A DNA stretch of 22,359 nt from NCBI GenBank assembly GCA_044450345.1, contig JBIOIY010000050.1, positions 1 to 22,359 on the forward strand, in the 5' to 3' direction. The notes beneath the pieces were generated by a model. That model was not told the origin of the DNA, ran no database searches, and worked only from the letters and a program-made list of their open reading frames with translations. This DNA comes from Thermodesulfovibrionales bacterium (lineage in GTDB: Bacteria > Nitrospirota > Thermodesulfovibrionia > Thermodesulfovibrionales > UBA6898). A program made the translations under genes and the position numbers. Positions 9,159 to 18,090 of this stretch are shown one piece after another; within the stretch, counting starts at the first letter, position 1, and each line of letters opens with the position of its first letter.

Positions 9159-11504
9159 CTAATGGTCCAGGGCAAGCGACTCTTTAACGGGGCCGCTTCC
9201 AATAGATATGACGACCGACAACTCCGATAACTTACTGGTTGAATCCGTAGAGCCAAATAGATACTTCAGGACGGGCAGTTTCGAAAGAAGGGGCAGCCCA
9301 CTGGACTGATCGTTGAGATTTTTTATCTTGAAACCGGAGATTACTACGGTATCGTCCTTAGACATCTTAATCGGTATCTTTAGATAGTTCCATTCCGTTT
9401 GCGGCAATTGCTGGTCACCAACCTGCTGGAATCCGACCACATTTGAGAGTTCTATCCGCGTGTTTACAAGGTATCTACCGTCGTTTTGAAGAAGGGGATT
9501 GAGAAGAATCTTCAATCCCACACTCTCTTTGCCGATCATCGGAGAGGTAATTGTTTGGTTGTTGATAACTTGTACGGTGCTTCCCTGGGAGTACCAGACG
9601 TCCTGAGTAAGTTCAAAAGGAAGCATAGTTCCCGCCATCGCTCTTGTCTCCCACGTATGCACAATTTGGATTTTGCCGTACTGTGATAAGACCTTAAGCA
9701 TGGAATTGATCGTTCCCTTTGAGTTGGTAAGCTTTACGGAGCCTGCTCCAGCACTCCCGGCAAGGGCACCGAGAAAATTACCCGCCAAATCGAGCTTAAG
9801 AGCTTTCCCATATATCTGACCGCCCAAAACGTTTTGCCAATCAATTCCAGTTTGATGCTCATTGTTGTAATCTATCCTTAAGAGGGTGATCTTAAGATTG
9901 ATTTCCTCTCTTTTAGCGTCATCCAGAGTAAGCATCTGTTCCACCGCTTTAATCCTCGAAGGACGGTCTTTAACGTAAATAAACCCTGAAGGTAAATAGG
10001 TGATAACGCCTCTGGGACTGAGGAGTTTTGTTATATTGGAGATGAAATTGTCGATATAGCCTCCAAACTCGCTGTACGAATCGGAAGACGACGAATTGGA
10101 AGAGCTACCTGACATTTGGCCGCCCGTTGACTGTTGCCCGGCCTGGGGCTGGGACGTTCCTTGTGGCATTGCCTGAGACGTTCCTGGGGACGCTCCGGAG
10201 GCCTGCGGTCCGGCAGCCGGCGGTTGCGCACCAGTTTGTTGCGATCCGGAGGGGTTTCCTGCAGTCGCACCGGAAGATGTATTCGACGAAAAGTCAAAGA
10301 GCTTGTTTACTTCTATATATTTTTCCTCGTAGGGCGTCAAAATATAGATGCCCCCTTTTTTCTTGAAAGTGATATCGAGCCCGGCGGTTATACTCCTGAG
10401 GGCTCCGTCAAGTGAAACACCGTCATAATTAGCGGTCACCGTAAGGGTGCGTTCCAAATCCTTATCGAAAGTAACGTTGATTTTAGCCTGACTACAAAGA
10501 GAGGCAACAGCATCCTGGAGGGGGGCCTCACGGAAGTTTAAGGTAACCTTCTGTTCAAGCGCCTTATCATCGGCCTTGTGCTCCTCGGCAAGACCGGCCT
10601 CTTTGACGCTGACGAACCCAACGTATTTTGCCGCTTCCGCCACATGCCACTTCTCGTCGTAAAGTCCAGCTATCTGAGCGGAGGACTCTTGCACACAGTC
10701 CTTGCCGGGTTTCAGACAAACCACAGCGTCTTTTACCTCCAGGGCGTCTTTGAAGCGCCCCGCAAAGCGTGCGAAGTCCACCGGGGCTGGGCAGATCATG
10801 TAGCTTTGCCCCTGAATCACGACATTGCAGTCAAAGAAGAGATCCATTGGTATGACCTTGCGCGCTTCGAAGACATAGCCTGCCGCTCCGGGAACGATAA
10901 ATGACCTGAGGACCCGGAGCGGGCCGTAATCCTTCCCAACGGGCTCCCCCTCCCCTTCCTTCAAGACGGAGAGGACGTCGTTTCCGCTCCGGATGGGGTT
11001 TCTAGTAAAGGCTAACAACCCTTTATCGGTACCCTCATATTTGTACAGGTAGTACTCCTGGCCGCTTTGGACTATGAAATTACCGGCAGCGACAGTACAG
11101 CAGGGTGTTGAGAGCGTACGTGGCGTGACGCTATAGCCGTCGTCACTGACAAAAGGATGCTCTACAGAGAGCGGTTCTGTGGCCACCTTCCGGGAGTCCC
11201 GAATGTAGCGGATCTTTAATCCGGATTCGTCCTTTTGAAACATATACATGTGCCCGCCTATAGAAACCGGCTCACCGGGGGCAAATACACCTACTATTAC
11301 CCGGTGGTCGGCTGCGTGCGTGGCAATTATAGCGCTCCCGTCCGTTGGGGATGCTGAGGCAACGGATATATGTTCCGGGTATTGCAGCTGGCTTAGGAGA
11401 GTTTTTAAATCCTCCTGCCCGGCCTGCGCGGTCACGGAAACCACTGCCAGCGACAAAAAAAGCAATATTGTCAAAACTACCTTGTTTGTCACGTTATTGA
11501 TCAT
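9159..11504 (-). CDS. Outer-membrane secretin (PilN/MshL/PilQ/GspD superfamily) with long N-terminal extension
   Basis: Signal peptide (..TAQA|G); STN-like VTLNFREAPLQDAV; S/G/Q low-complexity insert; N-domain LSPRG..SGFIYVKDRPSRI; GIDW; VVISGF; GLPLLSKLPVLKYLFG. Likely start ATG 11504 (GTG 11516 alternative). Confidence 0.92.
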   Translation of the reverse strand: MINNVTNKVVLTILLFLSLAVVSVTAQAGQEDLKTLLSQLQYPEHISVASASPTDGSAIIATHAADHRVIVGVFAPGEPVSIGGHMYMFQKDESGLKIRYIRDSRKVATEPLSVEHPFVSDDGYSVTPRTLSTPCCTVAAGNFIVQSGQEYYLYKYEGTDKGLLAFTRNPIRSGNDVLSVLKEGEGEPVGKDYGPLRVLRSFIVPGAAGYVFEARKVIPMDLFFDCNVVIQGQSYMICPAPVDFARFAGRFKDALEVKDAVVCLKPGKDCVQESSAQIAGLYDEKWHVAEAAKYVGFVSVKEAGLAEEHKADDKALEQKVTLNFREAPLQDAVASLCSQAKINVTFDKDLERTLTVTANYDGVSLDGALRSITAGLDITFKKKGGIYILTPYEEKYIEVNKLFDFSSNTSSGATAGNPSGSQQTGAQPPAAGPQASGASPGTSQAMPQGTSQPQAGQQSTGGQMSGSSSNSSSSDSYSEFGGYIDNFISNITKLLSPRGVITYLPSGFIYVKDRPSRIKAVEQMLTLDDAKREEINLKITLLRIDYNNEHQTGIDWQNVLGGQIYGKALKLDLAGNFLGALAGSAGAGSVKLTNSKGTINSMLKVLSQYGKIQIVHTWETRAMAGTMLPFELTQDVWYSQGSTVQVINNQTITSPMIGKESVGLKILLNPLLQNDGRYLVNTRIELSNVVGFQQVGDQQLPQTEWNYLKIPIKMSKDDTVVISGFKIKNLNDQSSGLPLLSKLPVLKYLFGSTDSTSKLSELSVVISIGSGPVKESLALDH

Positions 11505-11796
11505 CAGGCACCTCACCTTTAGATATTAATGAGGGGGTAACACGTGAAAAATTATTTTGATATTTAAAGAGAGGTTTTCGGGAAATCGTCAACAGACTGA
11601 TGTGAGCGTTTTACGAGATACAGAAAAAAGAGATTCCTCTGCTACTTTCTTTTGGAAATTGATGATCGTTTCGCTTCCGATGATTTGACTCAGTCTTAGG
11701 TTGTGGTATCCTTTTCTAAATAACCCCATTAGAGAAATAGATCAAAGCCGGCAATCTAACAACAAATATGTTCCCTGCGAAAGGAGATCAGCTGAA

Positions 11797-12177
11797 ATGA
11801 GCCAGGAACGTTACCAAAGAGGTTGGAAAAAGCTGAAGGAGATAGACGGCGAAGCAGGAGAGCGAGTCATCGAAAGTCTGAAGGACATCGCTCCTGATCT
11901 GGCACGCTACACCATCGAATTCCCTTTTGGAGACGTCTACTCGCGACCGGGGCTAGATCTCAAATCCAGGGAAATAGCCACTGTCGCGGCACTTACGGCC
12001 TTGGGCAATGCCCTTCCTCAACTAAAGGTTCATATCAATGCCGCCTTGAACGTCGGTTGCACCCGTCAGGAGATTGTGGAAGTAATCATCCAGATGGCAG
12101 TGTATGCGGGCTTTCCTGCGGCGCTAAACGGCATGTTTGCCGCAAAAGAGGTCTTCAAGGAACGCGCCGGTTCATGA
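11797..12177 (+). CDS. Carboxymuconolactone decarboxylase (CMD/AhpD-like) family protein
   Basis: [51 protein letters not shown]. Start re-assigned to ATG 11797 with AAGGAG RBS. Confidence 0.92.
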   Translation: MSQERYQRGWKKLKEIDGEAGERVIESLKDIAPDLARYTIEFPFGDVYSRPGLDLKSREIATVAALTALGNALPQLKVHINAALNVGCTRQEIVEVIIQMAVYAGFPAALNGMFAAKEVFKERAGS

Positions 12178-12361
12178 TCTTATACGACGGCGCGCGCGGT
12201 CATCTATGCGATCAAGAGCCTGAAGGAGATAAACATTACGTCGGTCCAGAGTATCACCGGGAGGATTAGGTGCCTATTTTGTGTTGCCCGGCCTGAGATT
12301 TACAAAGGAGACACCCTGTGAGCTGTTCATCCTTATATGCAGCATCGAAGCTATTAGTGCC

Positions 12362-12428
12362 GAAGCGAGGATTTCCGTTTATAGCAGATGAAATCTTTTT
12401 TTTTCTTCCTTCCTGAAATCCTCGCTTC
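12362..12428. repeat. Perfect 14-bp inverted repeat with 39-nt spacer
   Basis: GAAGCGAGGATTTC (12362-12375) and GAAATCCTCGCTTC (12415-12428). Confidence 0.85.
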
Positions 12429-12596
12429 ACAAGCCGGTCAAGATAGTGTAGGCTAGAACCCGAAATCTTTAACAAATGCGGTGACAAATTGGTGCAAGAC
12501 AACATTCACCGTTGCCGAATCTGGAAGAATTAGTAATTGGAGATATGAAGGAAATGCTTGTCAGTCCAATTGAAATTAAATAGGAGGCAAACAATT

Positions 12597-12872
12597 ATGA
12601 TCGAGCAGGCCAAAATAGCGGCTGTTACTGAATATCTGCAAAGCGAGTTCCCAGATTCCCAGATTGATGACACTTTTGACGAAGAGTTGCAATCTCAAAA
12701 ATTCCGTGTTAGCAAAGATTCCACAGTTTCCATTATCAAGTTTGAACGAATTTTCTTGGATGATACTTTGGACATTAAAGAGGCTTTGAAAAATATGGGG
12801 CTTAGTGAGTTTATCAAACTCAATAATACCAGGCAGGTTTTTGTGACCACACAAGGGTTGAAGCTTCTTTAA
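12597..12872 (+). CDS. Hypothetical 91-aa acidic protein
   Basis: AGGAGG RBS before ATG 12597 (MIEQAKI...); protein-like composition; AT-rich; no family recognised. Confidence 0.75.
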   Translation: MIEQAKIAAVTEYLQSEFPDSQIDDTFDEELQSQKFRVSKDSTVSIIKFERIFLDDTLDIKEALKNMGLSEFIKLNNTRQVFVTTQGLKLL

Positions 12873-12936
12873 TATCAAAACACCGAAAATGAAAAGCATC
12901 GTCATTATGTGACATTCGCCCGTAAATCCTCAGTAG

Positions 12937-13147
12937 TTGCAACTCCTGATATCTGCGTAGTCGTGGTGGACTTGGGAGGCAACAGTCCTTCCTGGAACCC
13001 GCAGTTTCGCGCGGGCGCAACGATATCGAGAGTACAGAAGATATTTGTTACCGTCATTGCGAGGTAACTTCTAATACTCTCGCACAGGAGTATATTGGGC
13101 GGTGGTATGGATAGCGCCGACGACCACGCAGGCATCAGGAGTTGCAA
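12937..13147. ncRNA. Candidate structured ncRNA or non-autonomous element bounded by 28-bp inverted repeats
   Basis: 12937-12964 vs reverse complement of 13120-13147: 25/28 identical. Internal hairpins at 12968-12988, 12998-13015 and 13027-13082. The repeats are directly seen; the RNA call is inference. Confidence 0.45.
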
Positions 13148-13381
13148 GAATTTACGAAAGAAACTGGCAGATGCAACGAAAACAACAGGGTGCCCAGGCC
13201 CGTGCCGAAAACCACAGACGCTTAGATCTATGTCTGCCTGCATTAGAAAGGGTCAATTTCTCACTCCTACTGTCTGAATTTCAGTAAAAATGTATGGCGC
13301 CTGTGAAAAAAACATCTCCGTATGCTAATATTTTTGGAGGATGCCAAAAGATATAATCCCTTATTGAATGAAAGGGCTGTC

Positions 13382-14026
13382 ATGAAGGTTAATCGGTGGC
13401 AGATTGACAGCAAGAAACTGCGAGTCATTCCTGAAGATGAGCGCGTACTCTTCATACTGCTCGGCCATGCTGTGAACGAAATCAACATTCTTAGGAAAAC
13501 CTTCTACCTTTTCAGTCAATTCTCAGAAGAGCCTAGATGGAGGGCGCACGTCCACACAAGCCAAAGTCTTGTATTTGCCCGTATCCTAACAGGGAAACTC
13601 TTCGAAGCATGGGAGTTGCTGAGAAAAGGCTATTTTGGTACCCGACTCTCTCATGAATACGACCAACATCTCGATACCGAAATCAAGGAGGCTCTTAAAA
13701 GCTTGAAGCAGTATTTTGGTCGCGATAACCTGATTGATACAATTCGTAATCGGTTTGCGTTTCACTACTCTCCTAATGATGCTAAGGCCATACTTGAACA
13801 CAGCCTACCTAATGAGGAAATGGTCATGTATATGGCCCCAGATGAGGCGAATACGCTCTATTACGCTTCTGAGTTCGTGGTAAATATCCTTACTTCAGCC
13901 GGGGTTTCGGCAGGTATCGACATGTCGCTATGGCTGGTCGGGCAACTGTACAGTGTCGAACTTGCCCGTAAGGTTCAGGAGGTTCTGGAGTACTATCCAG
14001 CACCACCTTATGCCGGCGAAGTTTAG
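13382..14026 (+). pseudogene. Chimeric ORF: HEPN-like protein N-terminal part fused in frame to a DJ-1/PfpI C-terminal fragment
   Basis: Likely start ATG 13382; helical protein with IRNRFAFHY (RN-x4-H). From 13883, NILTSAGVSAGIDMSLWLV...ARKVQEVLEYYPAPPY is the typical C-terminus of DJ-1/PfpI (InhA-like) proteins. Confidence 0.7.
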
Positions 14027-14076
14027 TCAGAGTATCAAGTAATTGATACGTTATTGATAAAGCTTGCATCATAGTT

Positions 14077-14143
14077 GCCCAATCAGGGGGGTGGAGCGGA
14101 AACCGCAAATGACGCGGTTCCGCACACCCCCGAAGACTTTGGC
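14077..14143 (+). mobile_element. Degenerate integron attC-like site
   Basis: GCCCAAT-CAGGG-GGGTGGAG-CGGAAACCGC-AAATGAC-GCGGTTCCG-CACACCC-CCGAAGA-CTTTGGC: R''/5-nt spacer/L''/stem/L'/R' layout, 67 bp, two unpaired bases on the left arm; both cores deviate from AAC/GTT. Confidence 0.6.
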
Positions 14144-14348
14144 GCCCCAGTCCCCAAAATTCTTAGTGTACTATTTTTTCCGTTTCGTGAGCTGACCCCA
14201 CCCTGGTCTATTGATATGCGTTTACTGGGAAATGGGGAGCAAGAAAAGGAGCTACCCTGTCGTAACTGCCGCCCGAGTAGCGGCCAAGTTGGTCTGGTCC
14301 AGAGCAGTATTTCGATCCATGCCAGGACGCTGAAATTCAGTCGCGCCC

Positions 14349-15266
14349 TCATGACTTAACTGCTCGCGCCGAACTCCAAAGAGCCCATCCAGGATTGACC
14401 CTATTCGGATACAGATCCTGCATCTTATCGTAGAGCTCTTGAGCGGTTCTTGTCGTTCCCACCAGACGTTCAAAGTCGCGAAGGTATTTTCGCGTCTCTT
14501 CGATAATCCTTGGATTGTCATCGTTATCCGGTCTCTTATGTGAGGCGACAACCGCGTGTGGGTTAAGCGACTCAATCTTGTCGAGCGCGGCGATCCACTC
14601 CTTTCGCTTCTGCGCATTCGACTCGACAAGATAGAGGTGAACATCATTGTAGGCAGCATCGCCGGCAACCACGAGCCCGATCGAAGGGACGTGCAAACAG
14701 GTCGTATAATCCGTGTCGGTATGACCAAGTTCTACCGCAAATAATTCATGCCCCTCCAGATTAATTACATTTCCTTTGAGCTCTTCCGCGATCACTAGCT
14801 TCTCCGGGATTTGGCCCGGGAAAGCCGGCTTCCAACCCGTATTGAGGAACTCTGGGGAGGCATTCTGGCGCATAACCTTAACAGTATCGGGAGTTGCTAC
14901 TACTCGTGCCTTTGGGAATCGCTCAAGAAGAGTACCAACCCCAAACCAGTGGTCTCCATGGCCATGTGTAATGTAGATAGTCGTCAGGTTTTTACACTTT
15001 GATGCGACCCAGTCTGCCAAAGCAGTCGCCTGTTTGACTGTCATAAAGGTATCCACAAGGACAGCGTCTCTGACCCCATAAATAAGGGTTGCCGCCATCG
15101 CCTGAAAGTATGTCTCCCCCACATCCCGAGGTCGGTCGGGAGTAACAATCGGTATCCCAGGTGTGATGAAGACCTCCCACTTCAGAGTAGGAGCCTCTGT
15201 ATGCACCCCGGAACCTGAAGTCTTTGCCAGCTCAGCCCCAGTCGATGATCTATCGTGATTTTCCAT
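14349..15266 (-). CDS. MBL-fold metallo-hydrolase
   Basis: VLVDT, THGHGDHWFG (HxHxDH), GHTD, VAGD, ASH motifs; GGAGG RBS. Confidence 0.92.
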   Translation of the reverse strand: MENHDRSSTGAELAKTSGSGVHTEAPTLKWEVFITPGIPIVTPDRPRDVGETYFQAMAATLIYGVRDAVLVDTFMTVKQATALADWVASKCKNLTTIYITHGHGDHWFGVGTLLERFPKARVVATPDTVKVMRQNASPEFLNTGWKPAFPGQIPEKLVIAEELKGNVINLEGHELFAVELGHTDTDYTTCLHVPSIGLVVAGDAAYNDVHLYLVESNAQKRKEWIAALDKIESLNPHAVVASHKRPDNDDNPRIIEETRKYLRDFERLVGTTRTAQELYDKMQDLYPNRVNPGWALWSSARAVKS

Positions 15267-15293
15267 ATGTGCCTCCTTTCCCTAGAAGTTGTC

Positions 15294-16151
15294 TCATAGT
15301 CTTTTCCTGATACCCCAGTCATTAAGGAACAATTTCGCATGCTCCAGGAAGATCTCTGCATGCTGGTACTGGGCACCGTGGCTCGAGTCAGGGTAAATAA
15401 TTAACTGGGCGTTCGGGAGGTGCTCCACCAGAATGAACGCATTTATCGGCATGACCACGATATCTTTACTGCCGTGGATGATCAGCGTCGGATGAATGAT
15501 GTTCTTTAAGGTAGCGTAACGATCTGTTGCCGGAATGGTGCCCCATTCTCTAATAGCAGCAAGCTGAGCTGCAGCCGCATCCTTGGAGACGGCAGAGTCG
15601 CGTTCCTTCTTGCGAGACTCCAGTCGCTTCAAGCATTCCCTTCCAGCTGCCTGACTGCGTTCGGAGGGCGAGAAGAATGCAGCCAACAGAAATGCAACCG
15701 GATCCGTCTGTTCTTCAGGTGAAAGTTCCGTGAAGGTCATGCCCTCTCCACCGCGAGGTCCCGTCCCCAATAGAATCATGTGCTGGACGAGGTCGGGATA
15801 GTCAAGGGCCAACTGCTGCGCGATCATGCCGCCGAGCGAAAACCCGAAAAGGTCTACTTTCTTTAGATCAAGCGCTCGGCAGAATTCGACGCAATCCCTG
15901 GCGAGAGCAGCGATGGTTGATGGCGTTTTGCCCGTCGATCCGCCAACTCCGGGATAATCGAACATGATCACTTCGCGGTCGGCCGCAAGGCCGTTCATCA
16001 CCATGGGATCCCAATCATCCATGTTTGCGGAGAAATAGTTGAGCAGCAGAAGCGCAGTTCCTCCGCGCTTGCCGAAGTGCCGGTACACGAAGCGAATGTT
16101 CCCTGCTTCGACAAACTTGGTGGGTGTGGTCTCGTGCGTGTCGGTGCGCAT
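15294..16151 (-). CDS. Alpha/beta hydrolase
   Basis: FDYPGVGGS, nucleophile elbow GFSLGG, acid GSKD, His in DSSHG; AAGGAG RBS. Confidence 0.93.
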   Translation of the reverse strand: MRTDTHETTPTKFVEAGNIRFVYRHFGKRGGTALLLLNYFSANMDDWDPMVMNGLAADREVIMFDYPGVGGSTGKTPSTIAALARDCVEFCRALDLKKVDLFGFSLGGMIAQQLALDYPDLVQHMILLGTGPRGGEGMTFTELSPEEQTDPVAFLLAAFFSPSERSQAAGRECLKRLESRKKERDSAVSKDAAAAQLAAIREWGTIPATDRYATLKNIIHPTLIIHGSKDIVVMPINAFILVEHLPNAQLIIYPDSSHGAQYQHAEIFLEHAKLFLNDWGIRKRL

Positions 16152-16215
16152 TGTAGTGTCTCCTTACGGGCTCATCGATCTTGATAGCTTCGGCGACAAT
16201 AGGGAGATGATGCCC

Positions 16216-17238
16216 TTAGTAAGGCGCGAACACCGACTCCGAGGCAAGGAACGCTTTAGCTTGCCTTGTAAATGACTCATGGAACTGGAAGAGCGAGCCG
16301 TGCCCGGAGTCCGGATAGGTCAGAAGCACGGCATTCGGCAGATTTGCGCTCAGCCAATACGAGTTCGAGACGGGGATCATCTCATCATAGATGCCGTTCA
16401 CTACAAGAGTTGGATGGTGAATATTCTTCAGGTCCGAGAAACGTTCTCCTGAAACTTGCTCCCACTCGCGAAAAGCTGCCATTTGCGCTTGGGCAACCGC
16501 CGGTCCAGAGATTGGCTCACGGTCCTTTGTGCGCTGCATGATCCTTTCAATGAAGGCCGCGCCCGCCGCTTGGCTCGTCTCGGTCGGGGGAAAGAAGATC
16601 TTCTGCAGCACCGCGTAACCCTGAAGTGTTGGATCTCCCAAGTATTTCGCAATGCCTGGTTTATCAAGGTGCATGATGTCCTCGCCGCCCCTGGGGGCCG
16701 TTCCGACCAGGATCATCCTGCGGAAGATTGACGGGCGCTCAAGGGCCATCTGTTGCGCAACCATGCCGCCCAGCGAGAATCCGAGAACATCACATATCTT
16801 CAGCCCCAATCCTTCTAGGAAGGCCAGTGCATGCGTCGCCATGGCGGCTATTGTCTTCGGAACCGTGCCGCTGGATCGACCAACGCCGGCGTACTCGAAT
16901 AGGATCACTTCTCGCTCCGCCGCGAGTGGATCAGTGACTGCCGGATCCCAATTATCAAGCGTTCCTGTAAAGTGCTGGAGACACAGGAGAGGAAGTTTGG
17001 CCCCCAAGCCGAAACGGCGGTATGCATAGCGCCCGCTTTCAGTCTGGATGAATTGGGTCGGCGCGGTGATGATACTGTCGGCTTCCTTGCCCGACATGCG
17101 GCTTGCTGCCGCTTGGGGAGTTTCACTTTCAACAGATTCGAATGATCCGCCTGGACGAGTATCAGAATCAGTTTTTATCATAGGAGGCTCTCCATTGTTC
17201 TTAACCTTCCCTTGGTTCTCAGCCAGAGTGCGCGTCAT
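16216..17238 (-). CDS. Alpha/beta hydrolase (paralog of the adjacent gene)
   Basis: QHFTG, YAGVGRS, GFSLGG, GIYD, DSGHG. Start uncertain (17238 or 17181). Confidence 0.92.
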   Translation of the reverse strand: MTRTLAENQGKVKNNGEPPMIKTDSDTRPGGSFESVESETPQAAASRMSGKEADSIITAPTQFIQTESGRYAYRRFGLGAKLPLLCLQHFTGTLDNWDPAVTDPLAAEREVILFEYAGVGRSSGTVPKTIAAMATHALAFLEGLGLKICDVLGFSLGGMVAQQMALERPSIFRRMILVGTAPRGGEDIMHLDKPGIAKYLGDPTLQGYAVLQKIFFPPTETSQAAGAAFIERIMQRTKDREPISGPAVAQAQMAAFREWEQVSGERFSDLKNIHHPTLVVNGIYDEMIPVSNSYWLSANLPNAVLLTYPDSGHGSLFQFHESFTRQAKAFLASESVFAPY

Positions 17239-17244
17239 CTGCCT

Positions 17245-18090
17245 CTACTTGCTGATCTGCTCCAATGCTCCCACCCAGTTCTCAACGTGATAAGCTGAAG
17301 ACAGCTTGCCTTTTTTCACGGTGAATATATCGATCGCCATCGTGTTAAAACTCTTGCCCGTCGGTTTCACTCCGAACAATTCGCCTGTGGGTGTGCCGGT
17401 TGCTTTACCACGCACCACAATTTGATCGCCAACCATCTGGATATCCTCAATTGTCCAATGCAAATCAGGGATTGCCGAACCAATCATTTTAAATACTTCG
17501 GCTAGTTGGTCGCGTGTAAGCCAGTCTTCATTTGTCGAATATGATCGGTAATCAGGGTTAGTTGCCTTGGCCAACAAGGCGGCCACATCCTTCTTGGCAG
17601 GTTCGTTCAGCGCCTCATACAGCGGCGCCACGATCGTTCGCGCTTCCTCGATCGTCAATGGCGGGGCACCAGGTGCGGGTTGATAACCCGGTTCGGCGAA
17701 CGAAGTGCCAAACATCGGCAGACCGCTTTTTGATTCGTCCTTGGTGGCTTCATCCTGCAGTACATCCCAATGCTCTGCCAGGCGTCCGTCTTCTAGCCTC
17801 ATAATGTCGGCAGCAATCCATGCTCGAGGGCGGCCGTGTCCGCTAAACCGCCCGTGCAGCATCACATAGTCGCCCTCTGCCAGGATGCGCGTGTTCTCGT
17901 AACGCAGAGTGTCCGGCAGGCTGCGGATGAGGTTGAACAAACCCTCGCGACCAGGCTCTATGTGGGCGCTATGTTGGATATAGTTCTCTGACCAGAACTC
18001 GGCCGCTTTCGCGTAATCACGCTTGTTAAAGAGCGTATCGAAAGCTTTCAGCACTAGCGCTTTGGTTTCTTCATTTGATGTCGTGTCCAT
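17245..18090 (-). CDS. Tandem SnoaL/NTF2-like domain protein (ester-cyclase-like)
   Basis: Domain 1: YIQHSAHIEPGREGL...AEGDYVMLHGR...LAEHWDVLQ. Domain 2: IPDLHWTIED..GDQIVVRG..GTPTGELFGVKPTGKSF. GAGGAGG RBS. Confidence 0.9.
   Translation of the reverse strand: MDTTSNEETKALVLKAFDTLFNKRDYAKAAEFWSENYIQHSAHIEPGREGLFNLIRSLPDTLRYENTRILAEGDYVMLHGRFSGHGRPRAWIAADIMRLEDGRLAEHWDVLQDEATKDESKSGLPMFGTSFAEPGYQPAPGAPPLTIEEARTIVAPLYEALNEPAKKDVAALLAKATNPDYRSYSTNEDWLTRDQLAEVFKMIGSAIPDLHWTIEDIQMVGDQIVVRGKATGTPTGELFGVKPTGKSFNTMAIDIFTVKKGKLSSAYHVENWVGALEQISK

Noticed and set aside
10070..10290. GC-rich low-complexity tract in the secretin
   Set aside because: S/G/Q/P linker of the kind common in secretin N-domains; no exact DNA repeat unit.
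9..11529. Numerous + strand ORFs opposite the pilus genes
   Set aside because: Antisense shadows of well-supported, tightly coupled minus-strand genes; no recognisable motifs.
11560..11600. Possible pilus promoter (TTGACG on the minus strand) or IS end (GTCAACAGACTG)
   Set aside because: No good -10 at 16-18 bp and no partner terminal repeat found.
13053..13063. GTCATTGCGAG, resembling the start of REP/RPE-type palindromic repeats
   Set aside because: Only 11 nt, single copy, lacks the matching CTCGCAATGAC arm; it forms the loop of a larger hairpin.
12905..13287. ORFs of 60-112 aa across the inverted-repeat element
   Set aside because: Overlapping on both strands, no convincing RBS or family motifs; better explained as non-coding structure.
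14032..14049. Hairpin GTATCAA-GTAA-TTGATAC after the chimeric ORF
   Set aside because: AT-rich 7-bp stem without a U-tract; too weak to call a terminator.
14349..15266. Metallo-beta-lactamase resistance gene
   Set aside because: HxHxDH marks the fold only; no signal peptide, and the context is a cytoplasmic catabolic operon.
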